Source: Mytilus trossulus
Taxonomy: Eukaryota
Direction: 5' to 3'
Length of the DNA: 64,000 nucleotides
Assembly: GCF_036588685.1 (NCBI RefSeq)
Contig: NC_086386.1
Coordinates: 44,082,001 to 44,146,000, forward strand
Below are positions 48,571 to 62,333 of the stretch, one piece after another (positions within the stretch are counted from its first letter, which is position 1; each line of letters starts with the position of its first letter). The position numbers and the translations under genes were made by a program. The notes beneath the pieces are model-generated. The model did no database searches. It was not told the origin of the DNA and saw nothing but the letters and a program-made list of their open reading frames with translations.

Positions 48571-51500
48571 ATTCAATACTATTTTTATGATATTAGCATA
48601 ACAAATCTCATTAAATTACATTCGAACTATCTATTTAAAACATGTATGTATTTATCCTGTAAGATGTATTTATACGATGTGAATGAAGCAGTTTTCAGAA
48701 AGAAAAAAAATCAAGAATGACTGGATTGCTCAACACGTATTGTGAGTTTATATAATAAAGTATTAATCATTACGTGTTTTTTTTATGAATGGTACATAAT
48801 TTTGTGTAACAAACATTTTTGCTAACTACTCGACATACAGTGATGTAAGACCTATATATGTATAGGCTTATGCACTGCTGAAGCCCGTGCAATTTCCCCG
48901 ACAATATTGAGGATAAACCTGAACGTGAGGCGTAAGCTACGATCTTAATAACCTTGACCCTTTTTTGAACCAGTTTTCAAGTATTGAAAGGATTGAGTAG
49001 AATATCATTAACGGTAATCATATTAATGCACCAGATGCGCATTTCAACACTTAATATCTCTTCCGTGATGCTCAAGAACCAAATTCTTTTAAAAATCAAA
49101 GAAACCGTAGATAAAAAAAGAAGCTGTGGTATGATTGCTAATGAGACAACTCTCCACAAGAGACCAAATGACAAAGAAATTAACAAGTATAGGTCATTGA
49201 GCAAAGCACAAACCGCGTAGTCAGCTATAAAAGGCCCCGAAATGACAAATATAAACGCACATTACCAAAAAGGACAAAAATGTAAAGCCAAAGTCGGGAA
49301 AGGAATCAGAGCTTTGCATTAGGATGATATATTCCTTAACTTTAAATAACTTCTAATCATATGTAACAGCAAATTTTGATATCAGAAAATCCGTATTTTC
49401 ATGTCAGTACCAAAGTACTACCTCCTGTGCTGGTGATACCATCGGGGACTAACAGCAGAATACGTTTGTTATCAAGAATATTTGTATAGTAAATATGTGA
49501 ATCAAGCACAGCTATATATGTGCCATTTAATATTTCAGTGGCTCTCATATTTGAATTTTTAAGTTACCAAAAAAAAAACCAACCCCATTAGTTAAATATA
49601 TCCATGTAGAGATAAAGCATGATCTGCATTCCCTTCTGGAACACCTGAGATCATCGCAGGTTTTTGTTGGGGTTCGTGTTGTTCATCATCTAGTTTTCTA
49701 TGTTTATTGTTGATGGTCTTTTAGTATTTTTCTTTTTGTTGTTCATTGGATTGTCAGATTTTTTCGACTGATGATTTTGGATGATTCTTTGGTATATTCT
49801 GCATCTCTTTCAGATGTCAGATAACAACAAAGTAAATGATAAAACTTGAGAAAAAGGCTACAGTAGTTTACCAATGTTTTTATTGAAACCTTCAACCGGA
49901 AAAATAACTCCAGGTCACAAACTGACTGAGGGAATTGCATTAGCTATAAAAGTTACGAGACCATTTAATTTGCGTTGACAGGGTTAGTGTCTCCCGAATA
50001 GGACACAGCCGGCAAAATTACAAATCAGAAAGATACTGCGCTTGTGAGTTGATAGGTGGTCGGAAACCGGAAACATTATGAAGTGTCCATCTCCTCGTGG
50101 TGTGATGTTTTGTATCAGGATCACTTACACATGCTACATGACAATTAAGTCTTAGTAGGGTAAACATGAACAGTAGCGTATCAATTGAAATACATATAAT
50201 CTATACGATAGTGCTGATGGAATGTAACTGTTGAAAAAATGGAAATAATTTATTAACAATAATATCGAACAATTCAAGAAACGGTAAGTCAATAAAACAT
50301 TAAAGATTTTAAACACCCGACTAAAACAACCAACTGAACAGCTGAGACAAAATAAAATCCTTCATAAATGACCATAAGCCTTGTTTTATTGCAGCTCAAC
50401 TATACTTTTTATGTATTTATTTAACTTACATGTAAATACCATTGCAATACACACGTACTTATGTAATCTGGCACTATTCGTCTTTCAAATTATTACTGTC
50501 TTATATGACAATGTATGAATAATAATAAAGATAAACCTGGCTAATATATAATTATTCCATAATTTCTTTAAAAAACAAACGTAAACTAGAAACATGTAGA
50601 AATTGATAACGGTTTATAGGATCCTGTTTATCTGCCTGAAGATTCCCTGAAATTCGGGTACTAATAAAACGCAGATCTTCATTGAGACATGATATAATAT
50701 GACACTAAAAAGAAAACATGCGTCAAAATCGCAAACTTACACCATACAGCTTCTGAACGCAAATCGTCTTTCATATAAGTCGAAGATAATAATTTGAAGT
50801 GTATTGGCCTATGTGATAATACTGAAATAGGGATAATTGAGTGAAAAGATATCATAATCATTAATATTTCAAAAAGAGAAATAAAAATCTTTGTATAATG
50901 TATCTCAAATCAAATTGGCAAGTAGGTGCGATCAAAGAATAAGGTCTATTTGTTGAAATATCAATCTACAAGACTTAACATCGATGTTGTTGATCAATTT
51001 ATTGATTGTTTGTTGGTTGCTTGACGTCCAGTGTGTTTTTAATAAATAAGTCAAACATGTTGGTGGTGTTATATTCGTTGTATCAATGCGAATCAATTAA
51101 GTACAATTTTTTTTATTTTAGTTTTCAATTGACCTTATACATGCTTCCGTTAACAGCACTCTGAGCCCAAAATGTCTTGAAATATTGCATATTACATAAA
51201 TTGAACAAAATTCTAACAGTCATGTTTGATTTGTAAAACATACAGTTTAGAAGTTATGAGCAAATAAGATAATATGGAATGTTCTATATCGGGACCAATA
51301 AAAAAAGGATATGCCACCAACATACATTCTACAAATGAAAAAAATATAGGATATGACATAAGATATATTCTTCGCATAAAACTTATAAAGAATAAGTGTT
51401 GTTTTCAATTTTTTGCATCAATTGATCCTTATTGCTGCTGGTATTTCCGACGTACTTTCAAGTCATTTTCATACAGCTAGGTACAGAATAGCGTTGCATG

Positions 51501-53960
51501 AAGATAATGTTTTGAGCAATGTCAATGACATCGTCATACATGTCAGTACTTATAAACAAGAATGTATCTTCCGTTTAAATAAATAAATCAGAAAATTGAT
51601 AATAACCTCTGAATATTTCAATTCCAATCGTTTTCCAATATTAGTAAGACAGTTAATTTTTCCAACTCTATTAAGCAAACGACAAAATTGAAGGGCACAA
51701 CTACTAAATATGTTTGCTTCATTACTTATATTTCAAAAGACAGCTGGGCTTACAGAAATCTTGTTTTTTTACCGCAACGTTACATTTTCATGGAAAATCC
51801 ATCGATGTATTTGTTTGAACATTTATTAAAACGTATAAATAGCTAATGCTATAAATAAACCCATCATATATACGATGATTGAAAATTTGTATGTGCGCCA
51901 GACGCGCTTCGACTATAAAAGACTCTTACATATTGTTATGATACAATGTTTTAGTAATAAAACTATAACGTTCATAGACAGTATATCCCTTTTTATTAGT
52001 TATTAATATCATACAAACGAAAAACGAATACCTTTAAAGAGAAGTCTATATTTTACTATCTTTTCACTTTTTAAGGAAGAAAAATAGTATTAGTAAGGAA
52101 ATTTCTTACGTTGGTTAACAAACAATTATACATATGGATGACGATAGCCATTATAATTGTTAAATAAAGGTATATATAAAACAATATCTGTCAGGTTCTC
52201 AGCATCTAAATTACGTTGATGAAAAAAAACCCCAAACATTCCGCTCAATATTAAATGCATATATTTGCATAAATCACTACATGTGTTTATCAAAATCAAT
52301 GCAGCTATTGTAAATTTTATATAGATGAACATATAAAAATCATTGTGTGCCTTTATTTTTGCGATTATTCAAAAGAAACATAAACGATTGAGAAATATTA
52401 TACAACCAATATTTCAAACACAGACATAATTGCAAAGTCTGCTTATTCTACATATAATTTTGCATCTACAAAACAGCATACACATGTATGCAGATAATGT
52501 TCATTTATTTCCGATCGTATTGAGATAGCATTTAAATGATATAAATAATGACTCAACTACAAAACCCTTTCATATGACGTTGTCATATTTTTATCGTTGG
52601 GGAAGTGTGGTTTTATATGGTGAAAGTTGGTGTAGGTCAATACAGATTTGCGGAAGTTAGACATATATATGGTAAGAACGAACAGATTAAACAAAATTAG
52701 AATATTCTCTATTGATATCTCACCCTAATCCATATATTATGATTATTTTGGTGAAAACAACCCAAACTGAAAAACAAGGATGTTATATATATACCTGTTT
52801 TATCAATGTAGGTCGAATATAATCATATAAGTTTATTTCGATGGATTTGGATTTTCCTGCATGTTCATCCGCATTTTTTACATTTTTACCTATTATGTCT
52901 ATTTGGTTATTTTTCACACATCGTTGTCAATATAATGGAATTTCATGCGAATGTCATGCAAGTGAGAGTGATAGGTTTAGCTCGCTATAACACCAATTTT
53001 AATCCATCATTTTCAACATAAGAAAATTCCTGTTCTATGTCAGGAATATGGCTTTATCATTTATTATCTTTTGATATTTCCATTTGACTACGGACTTTCC
53101 GTTCTGAATATTTCTCGGAGCTCGGAATTTTTGTTATTTCACCTTGTAGTGCCAAATATTTAGACAACTTTTATCAGTATGTTTTACAAGAAGAGACGTA
53201 GGAATTCTAGAAACAAATAATGAACACTATCATAATTCCCTTGACGGTAAATTACGGTTCGAGCACAAGCATATCTACGTGTTTCGGAGCTTTCCGTTTT
53301 GAACTTTCCTCGGAGTTCAGTATTTTTGTGATTGTACTTTTTTCTATCTAAGGGAAGGTCAACTGTACATTAAATATGGATAGTCTACCTCCCTATTGAC
53401 AGAAACAAGTGCATGTTGGTACGAGTTGTCGACGGTGATGAATCTCAATGTATATTCATAATTGCTCTTTTGTCAAAATGTGAATTAAATTCAACTGTAT
53501 TGGTTTTGTTTGCACTTTTTTATAAACCATGAAATGTTTGCCACAGCAATCATTCGCAATCAATTTATAATACATGTAATTCAGATAAACTAATCAAATG
53601 GTAACTGAATGTGTCTATTTTAAAATGTTTTAGTTGAAACCTTATTCCTGATATTAAATTATTACACAATTTAGCATCTACACAGTTTCAATAGGGATAT
53701 GAAATTATAGTTGCAAGTACTGATAGTTCACCAGCATGCACAAATTGAACCGTTACTATTGATATAAACTCGACTACTGACTCATAGACTTTACATAAAA
53801 GTCATTAGAATTTTTTTGCAGTTTCTGAGTTATTGGTATAATAACCCAGTCGGTCCTAATTAACACACACTTAAACGCTTACTTCTAGTGTTTAATATCA
53901 TTTTGAAAAAGCAGAATCATTTCAGGTTGTGCCCATGTCATTCAATGAAAAGAGTTAAAT

Positions 53961-56900
53961 ATGAATATCTCAAAACCAACCAAGTTCCAGCACAACATAC
54001 ATGCTACCTTCGACCCACACATTGGAGATGTTGTTCTTTGTAAATCTAAATCCCTACTGACAGATGTCAAAGAAATGAACATCTCGGGACCAACTGAGTT
54101 TAAGCACAATATCCATGCAAAGTGTGATCCAAGAACTGGGAAGGTTGTTATGTTTTCACCGACAGTAGAATCATCGTAAGTAATATATAGTGGTTAAATT
54201 GTTCACTGATATACTGTTAAACTCGTCTAAAAGAGGGACGAAAGATACCAGAGGGACAGTCAAACTCATAAATCGAAAACAAACTGACAACGCCATGGCT
54301 AAAAATTAAAAGGACAAACAGATAAACAAAAGTACACATGACACAACATAGAAAACTAAAGAATAAACAACACGAACCCCACCAAAAACTAGGGGTGATC
54401 TCAGGTTCGAAGGGTAAGCAGTTTTTTAAGTGTTTAAGTAAAATGATATTTTCAAAACTGACATAAACGTAGCATCCAGATTTCAGTGTGCACATTCCTC
54501 GCTTAAATGTGTTTTAAAAAACTGTTCAGCACCAACCCAAAATATATAACTGTATAGTTTTAAACACTTATGGTCCTACATCCTCATATTTCAATTTAAT
54601 GTTGGCACTTTTTGAGCTAAAATTTGTGTCTTTTTTATTTTTGTTATTTGTTGGGTACTTCATAGTACCAATTTGATACATCAAGTCCCTTTCATCTTAT
54701 TTTAATCGTTTGATCTTAAGTTTTGTTTTAATACCACTGTTATATGTGAAAAGTGTAGCGCTCCAGACTTACTTAATCCTGCCACATTCTTCTTGTCTAT
54801 CAAAAGAAACAAAAGACTATCATTACACGAACACCCGAAAGACACAACTAATACAATGATTCGAATTAATCCTATTTAATACGTTTAGGTATATCCTGAC
54901 TTATTACATGTCTGAAATGTTGTAGGTTTCAACCAGTTTTACCTGCAAAAGACCCTCTTCTGTTTATCTTGACCTTTATCGTAAAACTTACACCCATATA
55001 ATTAAAACTAGCACGTACAAGATACCAACACGATGACCAATAACAGTAACAATTGGAAGCTAGTGTAAATAGGAAAGTTTTAGGTTGAACACTGTTAAAG
55101 CTGGGTGTTTTGTGAGCAACGTCCCTTATAGGTTTTGATGACGTATAATAATAGATATGCGGTGCACGTATGTACATGCTGTATGCATGGAATACTGTGA
55201 ATATGTTAACCTTAAACAATGTTGCTTATGCTATTTTTATAACATCTCTGTTTAAGGAAAAACCAGGATGACGAAAGTTATGACTGCAACAATTGCAATG
55301 AACTGTTTTACCAGTGGAAGAGGGATCAAGTCAAAATCAAGTACCTTTTATTCTCATATTTAAATTGTATCGTCAACTTTCTGTTTGATCTAGAATACAA
55401 CTTATTGTACGCAATATAGATATTTTAATAGCATCAAACTATAGCGTGTACGTCACAATTGTAGAGAGTTAGGATGCATTTTTATATTTAAAACAAACTA
55501 ACTATGTCATGGCTAAAAAACGAAAAACGATAAAAAGACAAACAACAGTACACAAAAACAACATAGAACAAAATGCTAAAGACTGAGCAGCACATACCCT
55601 GCAAAATAACTGTGGGGTGATATCAGATACTCCGAAAGGGTGCGTTGCTCCATATGCAAGACCCGTCTTATTACTCCTATTAAATAAACTCATCATAGAT
55701 ACAAGGATTAAATTTTATATTTAAGCCAGACTAGCGTTTAAGTTATATAAAGTGTGCCTGTTTCATACAATAGGGATTGGTAATTGTCTGATATATTATC
55801 CTATTAGTCAGACATCTCCAAATTTATAAACCCTCGGTCTTGTATATTTTCTAACCCTGAAACTTGACCGTATAAGAAAATTTGTAATAGAGACATATAT
55901 AAAACATTCAGTGAAAAATTAAAAAGAATTTAAACTTAATCAATACCAAAAACAAACTGATCTAAAACAAAACAACTACGAGAGATATCAGGTTCTCCTA
56001 AAGATCCACCTCAACAACGTGTTAATCATGTAAAATCTGATATTTAATGAAATCTGCAAATTTCTAGAGAAATACATAATTTCTCTATTTTTTGTATGTA
56101 TAGAAAAAAACACATCATAGATACCAGGATGGAAATTTTGCATTTGTGTCAGACGCGTGTTTCGTCTACAAAAGCATCATTAGAGACGCTCGAATCAAAC
56201 AAAGATAGAAATGCCAAATAAAGTGTGAAGTTGAAAAGCATTAAGGACCAAAAACTCCTTAAGTGCACAGCTAAGGTAGTCTATTCCTGAGGTAGAAAAG
56301 CCTTAGTATTCCAACAATTTACAGTTTTGGTTTTGTAAACAGTTAACTTATAATTATGACCATATCAATGATCATTCGTTTCAACACAGAAGTGCTTAAT
56401 CGTGTTTTAAAGCTTTATCGATTTCATATCATTCAAATTTTCTTCTTCTAGAGAATTGCAAGAAGAAAATCATTTTATGCTTGCAATGGCTGCTCGATTA
56501 TGCTTATTGGCAAGTAATACAGACGGATGCAGTGCATATGATAATGAATTTGGGTATTCTTCGTACGGAAACTTGAAAATGAGAGAATTTACAGAAAGCA
56601 TGAATTTCATTGCGCAGGCCCTAATAACTATGGAAAATGATAAGTAAGTATGACGTTAACTCAAACTCCGAAAACACTACGACATAAGTTACCGATCTCT
56701 TCAGGTTTGGAGCACTACATGTGATGTCTAGATTTAGCTATACCTTAAATCCTTTTTCGTTTGATCAGCTCTTCAACATTCGTATATTAAGTACTGATTG
56801 TTCAGATATTTCGAGCATCACTATAAAGACATTATTTGTCGAAACGCGCATCAGGTGTAGTAAAGTTAGCTGTTAATGTTAAACTATATCATGCCCTGCT

Positions 56901-59900
56901 GTTTATACATTTCGAATTATTGTTATACGATGATGACTGATGTACCCATATTTTGACTATTTTATTTATTGTGTCTGTTTATTTAACGCATCAATGTAAA
57001 TATAACAGAATTTGATGAGACTGTCATTAAAGTGAGAGGGTTAGCACTATAGAACCAGGTTTAATCCACCGTTTTCTACATATGAAAATGCCTGTACCAA
57101 GTCAGGAATATGACAGTTCTTGGCCACTCGTTTTTTATGCGTTTTGTTATTTGATTTTGCCATGTGATTATGGACTTTCCGAATTGATTTTCCTGTAAGT
57201 TCAGTATTTTTGTGATTTTACTTTTTATTCAAACTAGTAAGCCTATCTTTTAATTTCCAAAAAGACGTCTGATATCGCGATATCATTGCTGAAACAATTA
57301 ATACGTCTTTGTTGACAGTCGGAAACTATTTTCTGTTTGAATACAATTTTTATTACGTCCATATAAATGTTCTACAAGTCGACAAAGAACTAAAATATAT
57401 TAAGTCATTACTTTTTTTTTGTTAAAGAAAACAGCTTTATACGGTATAACTATTATTAGATTACTTACCAATTTAGTACATGTTATTTACATTCTTTAAC
57501 TATATTGAAAAGTCAATAAAAAAGAAAAAGAGAGGCCAAAGGTACCAAGGGAACATTCAAACGCATAAGTCAAAAATAAACTGAAGACGCCATCAAAATA
57601 AAAAGACCTTTTAGACAAACAACAGTTTAGAAAATACAACATAGGTATCTAAGATTGAGCGGCACGAACCCAATCAAAATCTGGGGGACATCTCATGTTC
57701 TCCGGGAGGATGAGCAGAAAAAGTGAGGGATACACACGAGACAACAGTTAATGAATTTGGAGGGAGTGAATCGAGCAAAATCGACACGAAGGCGTTTTAA
57801 TTTCTTTATTCTCCTTCAGTTAAGTTTCTGTCGGGGATGATCAAAGAGCTTTAAAATTTCAGTAGTTATGAAGTAAATTTACTATATTTACATGTAATTT
57901 ATAAAGGCGATGGGGTGATGAAACGATGCTTGAAGAAATAGATGAATTGAAGAACGAAATATCAACGCTTCAGAAACAATTAAAAGAATCTCGTCTTAGT
58001 AAAATAAAAGAAGTTAAAGCTACAATTGTCCAGGCACAGCACCAATTTCATTCCGCAAAACAAGATTTTGAACTAAGGTTAGTCTCGTTAAAAAAACATG
58101 TTCGTCATTACGTCATTAGATACATAAATTGATATGTGTTCAAAGTATTTTCACTTGTATTAGAGAAGATATTGAATAAGAACCATTTATTAATTTTATA
58201 ACGCAATTAAACTATGATAAAATTGAAAAAATGAAGTTTAAATTACGTTTTAGCAAACAGACTACTTTTATAAATATCTAGACTTGAAACACAGGCTGAG
58301 TAGGCATATCAGCAAGTAGATACACACTAAATGCACTTCCTGTATATATATATGTGTGTTTATGCAGGGTTGGTGCTTTATAGTTTCATGCACTCTGTGA
58401 GTACAATTGTCATATGTATGAACTATTCCACGGAAAACTTTAGATTTAGCAATTCGAACGCCAAACTCAAGCTTTGAGTGAACGAATGTTTTGCCTTATG
58501 TGTTGCTCATTGACGTACAAATCCGGTATAATGACTCATTTGGTTCTTACAATCGATGAAAAGAGAACGGGATTGTTGTTACAACTGAAACATATCCGTG
58601 ATCATCTGTGATACAGGCATAATATAATGGTCAAGCAACGAATGAAAACGTCAGTTAGATTAGATTTTTAGATTTTAACAGCCGTCCTTATTCTGTCGAC
58701 ACACCCCAGTCTCTCACTTTTGAAATTCATTAGTTTTATTCGGTCTTTCTAACTTGATTGTTTTGTATCTTGATCATGGATTTATGAGATTTGAACACTG
58801 GTCAACTACTTGTGTCTCTCCATAGCTCTGTTTGATGGATAGTTTTGTCTACACACAAATGATTAAAATTTGAACCTAAAGTTCAGTTCATATGTAACTA
58901 CTGCAAATGTATACAACAGTAAGTTTGTTTTACAATATTGACTTAATTGAGAATTCTTAAATCTAAACGAAAACTTTACATGTTCGTTTTGTCAGGAAAA
59001 TGACAGTTTGATAAGTGACTTTCGGTTTTGAATTTTCCATAGAGTTTGGTAATTTTGTCAATTTACTTTTGTACAATAAGTCATATTTGAATATTCTATT
59101 AAAGAGTTGAGAAAACAGAAAAGGAATTATACATGCTGAAATCACATCTCATTGATCTTCAGGCTGAGAACGAAAGTCTGCGGCAGAAAATGAGGAATGC
59201 AAAACTTCTTTTTACAGAATGGCACTCCACAAGCTCAAGGTACACACACGTTATATTTTGTTTTAGTTCGCATTGGTAAGCCAATGTATGCCCATTTTGT
59301 TTTCTGGAGGTAAATATGCCGTATGACATGCATCCCTTTTCTTGATACTGCCGTTCCTAATGTTCTCTATGATAAAATCGGACTTAAATCAATTTCATGT
59401 TTGAAACTGATGTCACATTATAGTGATTGCTATTGCAATGAAGCCCAGATTATAACGGCACGCTCTTTAGGTGAATCAACAATACCATGCTTTACTTTAC
59501 TTTATGTAATTCCGAATTTAAGTTTGAAATTTTACCTTGACAAGTTCCAATCGAAAAAATTCTACAAAGCATTTATTCGGAGATATACTTAGTATAAATA
59601 AGAAACGGTAGTCGAATACAAACTGATAAAACCATGAACAAACAAAGCAGTAAGAAAAAAGCCAACAGTTTTAAAAAAACACTTTAAAGAAGACTTAAGA
59701 CTGAGAAACATAAACCATCGCAACTTGGAGTATTCAATACTTTAAACTGAATAAAAGGACAAATACAAGTGTCATTTCATTAAGTATAAAACCGTATATC
59801 GAAATGGTTAACTATTTGCATAATCTTAAAAAAGAGATATTTATACAGTTTTATAAGTACCAATATATGTATTTTTTATGATTTTTTCAGGGTATCTTCT

Positions 59901-62333
59901 GCCTTGAATCAAGACATGTCTGTTTTTGAGTTGAAGAAAGAAAATGAGCTACTGAAAAAAGATCTGCAACAGATTGATAGTGACAGAAACCGTTTGAAAG
60001 AGGAAGTAACGACAACCATGCATCAGCTGTTGAGGACAAGTAATAGCTCTCCAAGGTTAAATTACAGTTCTACATACTATATAAAAATAATACTAGCTCA
60101 CACTTGAATATGATAAATAAACGTAGAAACTATTAATCCTACAATATTTGTGCATGGAAAACTGTGTGCATACTTGACTTCGTGTGCTTAGAGTTAATTT
60201 GAATCAGATAAAATCTCAAGCTTTTCACTATTGTGAAAACAAATATTCAAACTTGCATTGGGTATCAACGTTTTTTCTTCTTCTAAACCATTTACCAAAA
60301 ACATATTAATTTTAAAGTGTTTTGAAATTTAGGCCTACAGTTGGAGACATTTTTGATTCAGAGGACAATGACAGAAATGGAAATGTAGATTGCAGGAATC
60401 AGAACACGTACGTAATATATATGAGCTATAATACAAATAACAATATGAACATATAGAATACAAATCAACAAAACTTCAAATCAGAAACAAATGTAATGAA
60501 AACTAGTTATTTATGTGTGAACTTGCAAATGAGTAAAGGGAATTATATGTGTTTTTTTGTTTTTGTTTATTTCTTGATACATTTGTAGGCACTATCTGTT
60601 TGCAATATTCCCCAAATAAACAAAGAATTGAGATTTACAAAGAAGAAAAATTACTGAATAAATTCAAGAAAGCGTAAAAAGATGTATCTAAAAAATTAAT
60701 AGAGTTACAGAGACAACTAATAAACGTTATTAAAAACTAAGTCATTGGTGTTACGTTGATAATATTACTTAAACAACACCAATAAAGAGTAAAATAGCAA
60801 GACTACAGAACTCCAAAGGAAATTGAAAATTCAAGTGCTCAAACATGATAGAAAATAAAACCAAAGACATCTACCTCATAAATTATCGACCCATCTCACA
60901 GTTAAAATTGCGTTATAATTCATCATAGTTTTCATGCATATCATTAAGTACCTTGTCAGGAATATGACAGTTGTTACCCATTCGTTTGATGTGTTTGAGC
61001 TTTTAATTTTGCCATTTGATTAGGGAATTCCGTTGGGTGTTCAGTATTTTTGTGATTTTACATTTTAGTACATCAGACGCGCATTTTTTTATCAGGTGTT
61101 CATCAGTTGCGCTCGATTAACATCCGAAAAATATGCTATATATCATTTGTGTAAATCGGTGATCATAATAAAATATGTTGTCTGGCTTTTAATTTTACAC
61201 TGAAATCATGCAGTGACATATGTTTATATATTTACCACTGGAATATATTGCTCATGGTATATTTTACATAGTTTCAGGATTAAAAAAAATTACTTCATCA
61301 ATGATTTATTAGTTTGATGATGTTTATGATTATATTAGAGTGAATAACTAATCTGTCACGTGTGAGTGATACTAAATCATATGATATCGACATATTTTCC
61401 AAAAGTCACTCGACGGGTGTCCCATTTTGAGCAAAATGAGTTTATCTCTACGGACATTACTCTTTGAATTTGGTGGTGTTCATGTTGCTCCTTTTGTAGG
61501 TTGTGTTCTGTATACTGTTTACATGGTATTTTCAGTTCGTTTTCGTCTGTTTGATTGATCCTTTGATATTGTTCACCTCTCTGTTATTATGTGTTGATGC
61601 ATTAGTGAAACAAAATTTAACTGAATCTGTTTTTTTCTTTTTATCTGTAAAGTTCTTTAGAGAATGAACAACAAAATATTTTAAAAGTCATGTTCAGTCA
61701 TTCAGGGGATTGTCAGATTATTTCACTACGACAAATTCAGTATCATTTGGACTTGCAGTCTTTCAACATATGATAGGTCTTTGTTTAAATGTTTTAGTAG
61801 CTGTTGTTTAACTGTAACATGCAACTACATATAGAATTGTTTGAGGAGCTAGTTTTTGATTGACTACGGGTCAAATGTACTGAGTTTATAGCAGGCAAAT
61901 ATCTTCAGAAATACCTTATGTTCCTAATCAAACTGGATAGGTTCCCACTTTTCAGATGATGTCAAACTGACAGGATAAGTCCAAAATGTCCCCATTTTAA
62001 TTCTGTCATCACATGATTCTACATAAACTTTGATATAGTTCTCAAATTAAAAATACAGAGGCACTGTATTCAGTACAGTCAGATGTACAGTGATAGTTTT
62101 GGATCTTTAGTCTCGATGTTTTTATTTTAATTTCGTAATTATGTTAATGGTATTAAGCTGCATAAACTTTCGTCTCTTGCACACTGAAATAAGCAATTAA
62201 TGCTTTATATTTCAGCACATCTTCTGGAAAACAAGTAAGCTATACCATAACAGCAGGCGCAGTAAATTTTATCGACAAATCAAGTGTGAAATATGATCAT
62301 AGAGGAGGGGAGATAAGCGAAACAATTATTTGA
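53961..62333 (+). CDS. Uncharacterised tandem-CRIB / coiled-coil protein (7 coding exons, 356 aa)
   Basis: Exons 53961-54175 (ISKPTKFQHNIH and ISGPTEFKHNIH), 56452-56643, 57907-58077, 59105-59239, 59891-60055, 60333-60407, 62216-62333. All introns are GT-AG and phase 2. Total 1071 nt with no internal stop. Heptad-rich exons 3-5. The start codon is uncertain. Confidence 0.8.
56108..56397 (-). mobile_element. Retrozyme-like repeat with a degenerate minimal type I hammerhead ribozyme
   Basis: Reverse complement of 56145-56193 is tcgagcgtct-CTAATGA-tgcttttgtagac-GAAA-cacgcgtc-tgacac. Homologous to 42660-42940. Confidence 0.65.
56930..57227 (+). mobile_element. SINE-like dispersed repeat (longer copy)
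   Basis: Same family as 44931-45090, 52880-53140, 58990-59070, 60950-61065 and (inverted) ~950-1145. Copies share the 3' end and vary at the 5' end. Confidence 0.75.

Noticed and set aside
53961-54179. Calling the CRIB gene PAK or WASP
   Set aside because: No kinase, WH1 or VCA exons are found before the stop at 62333, so no symbol was assigned.
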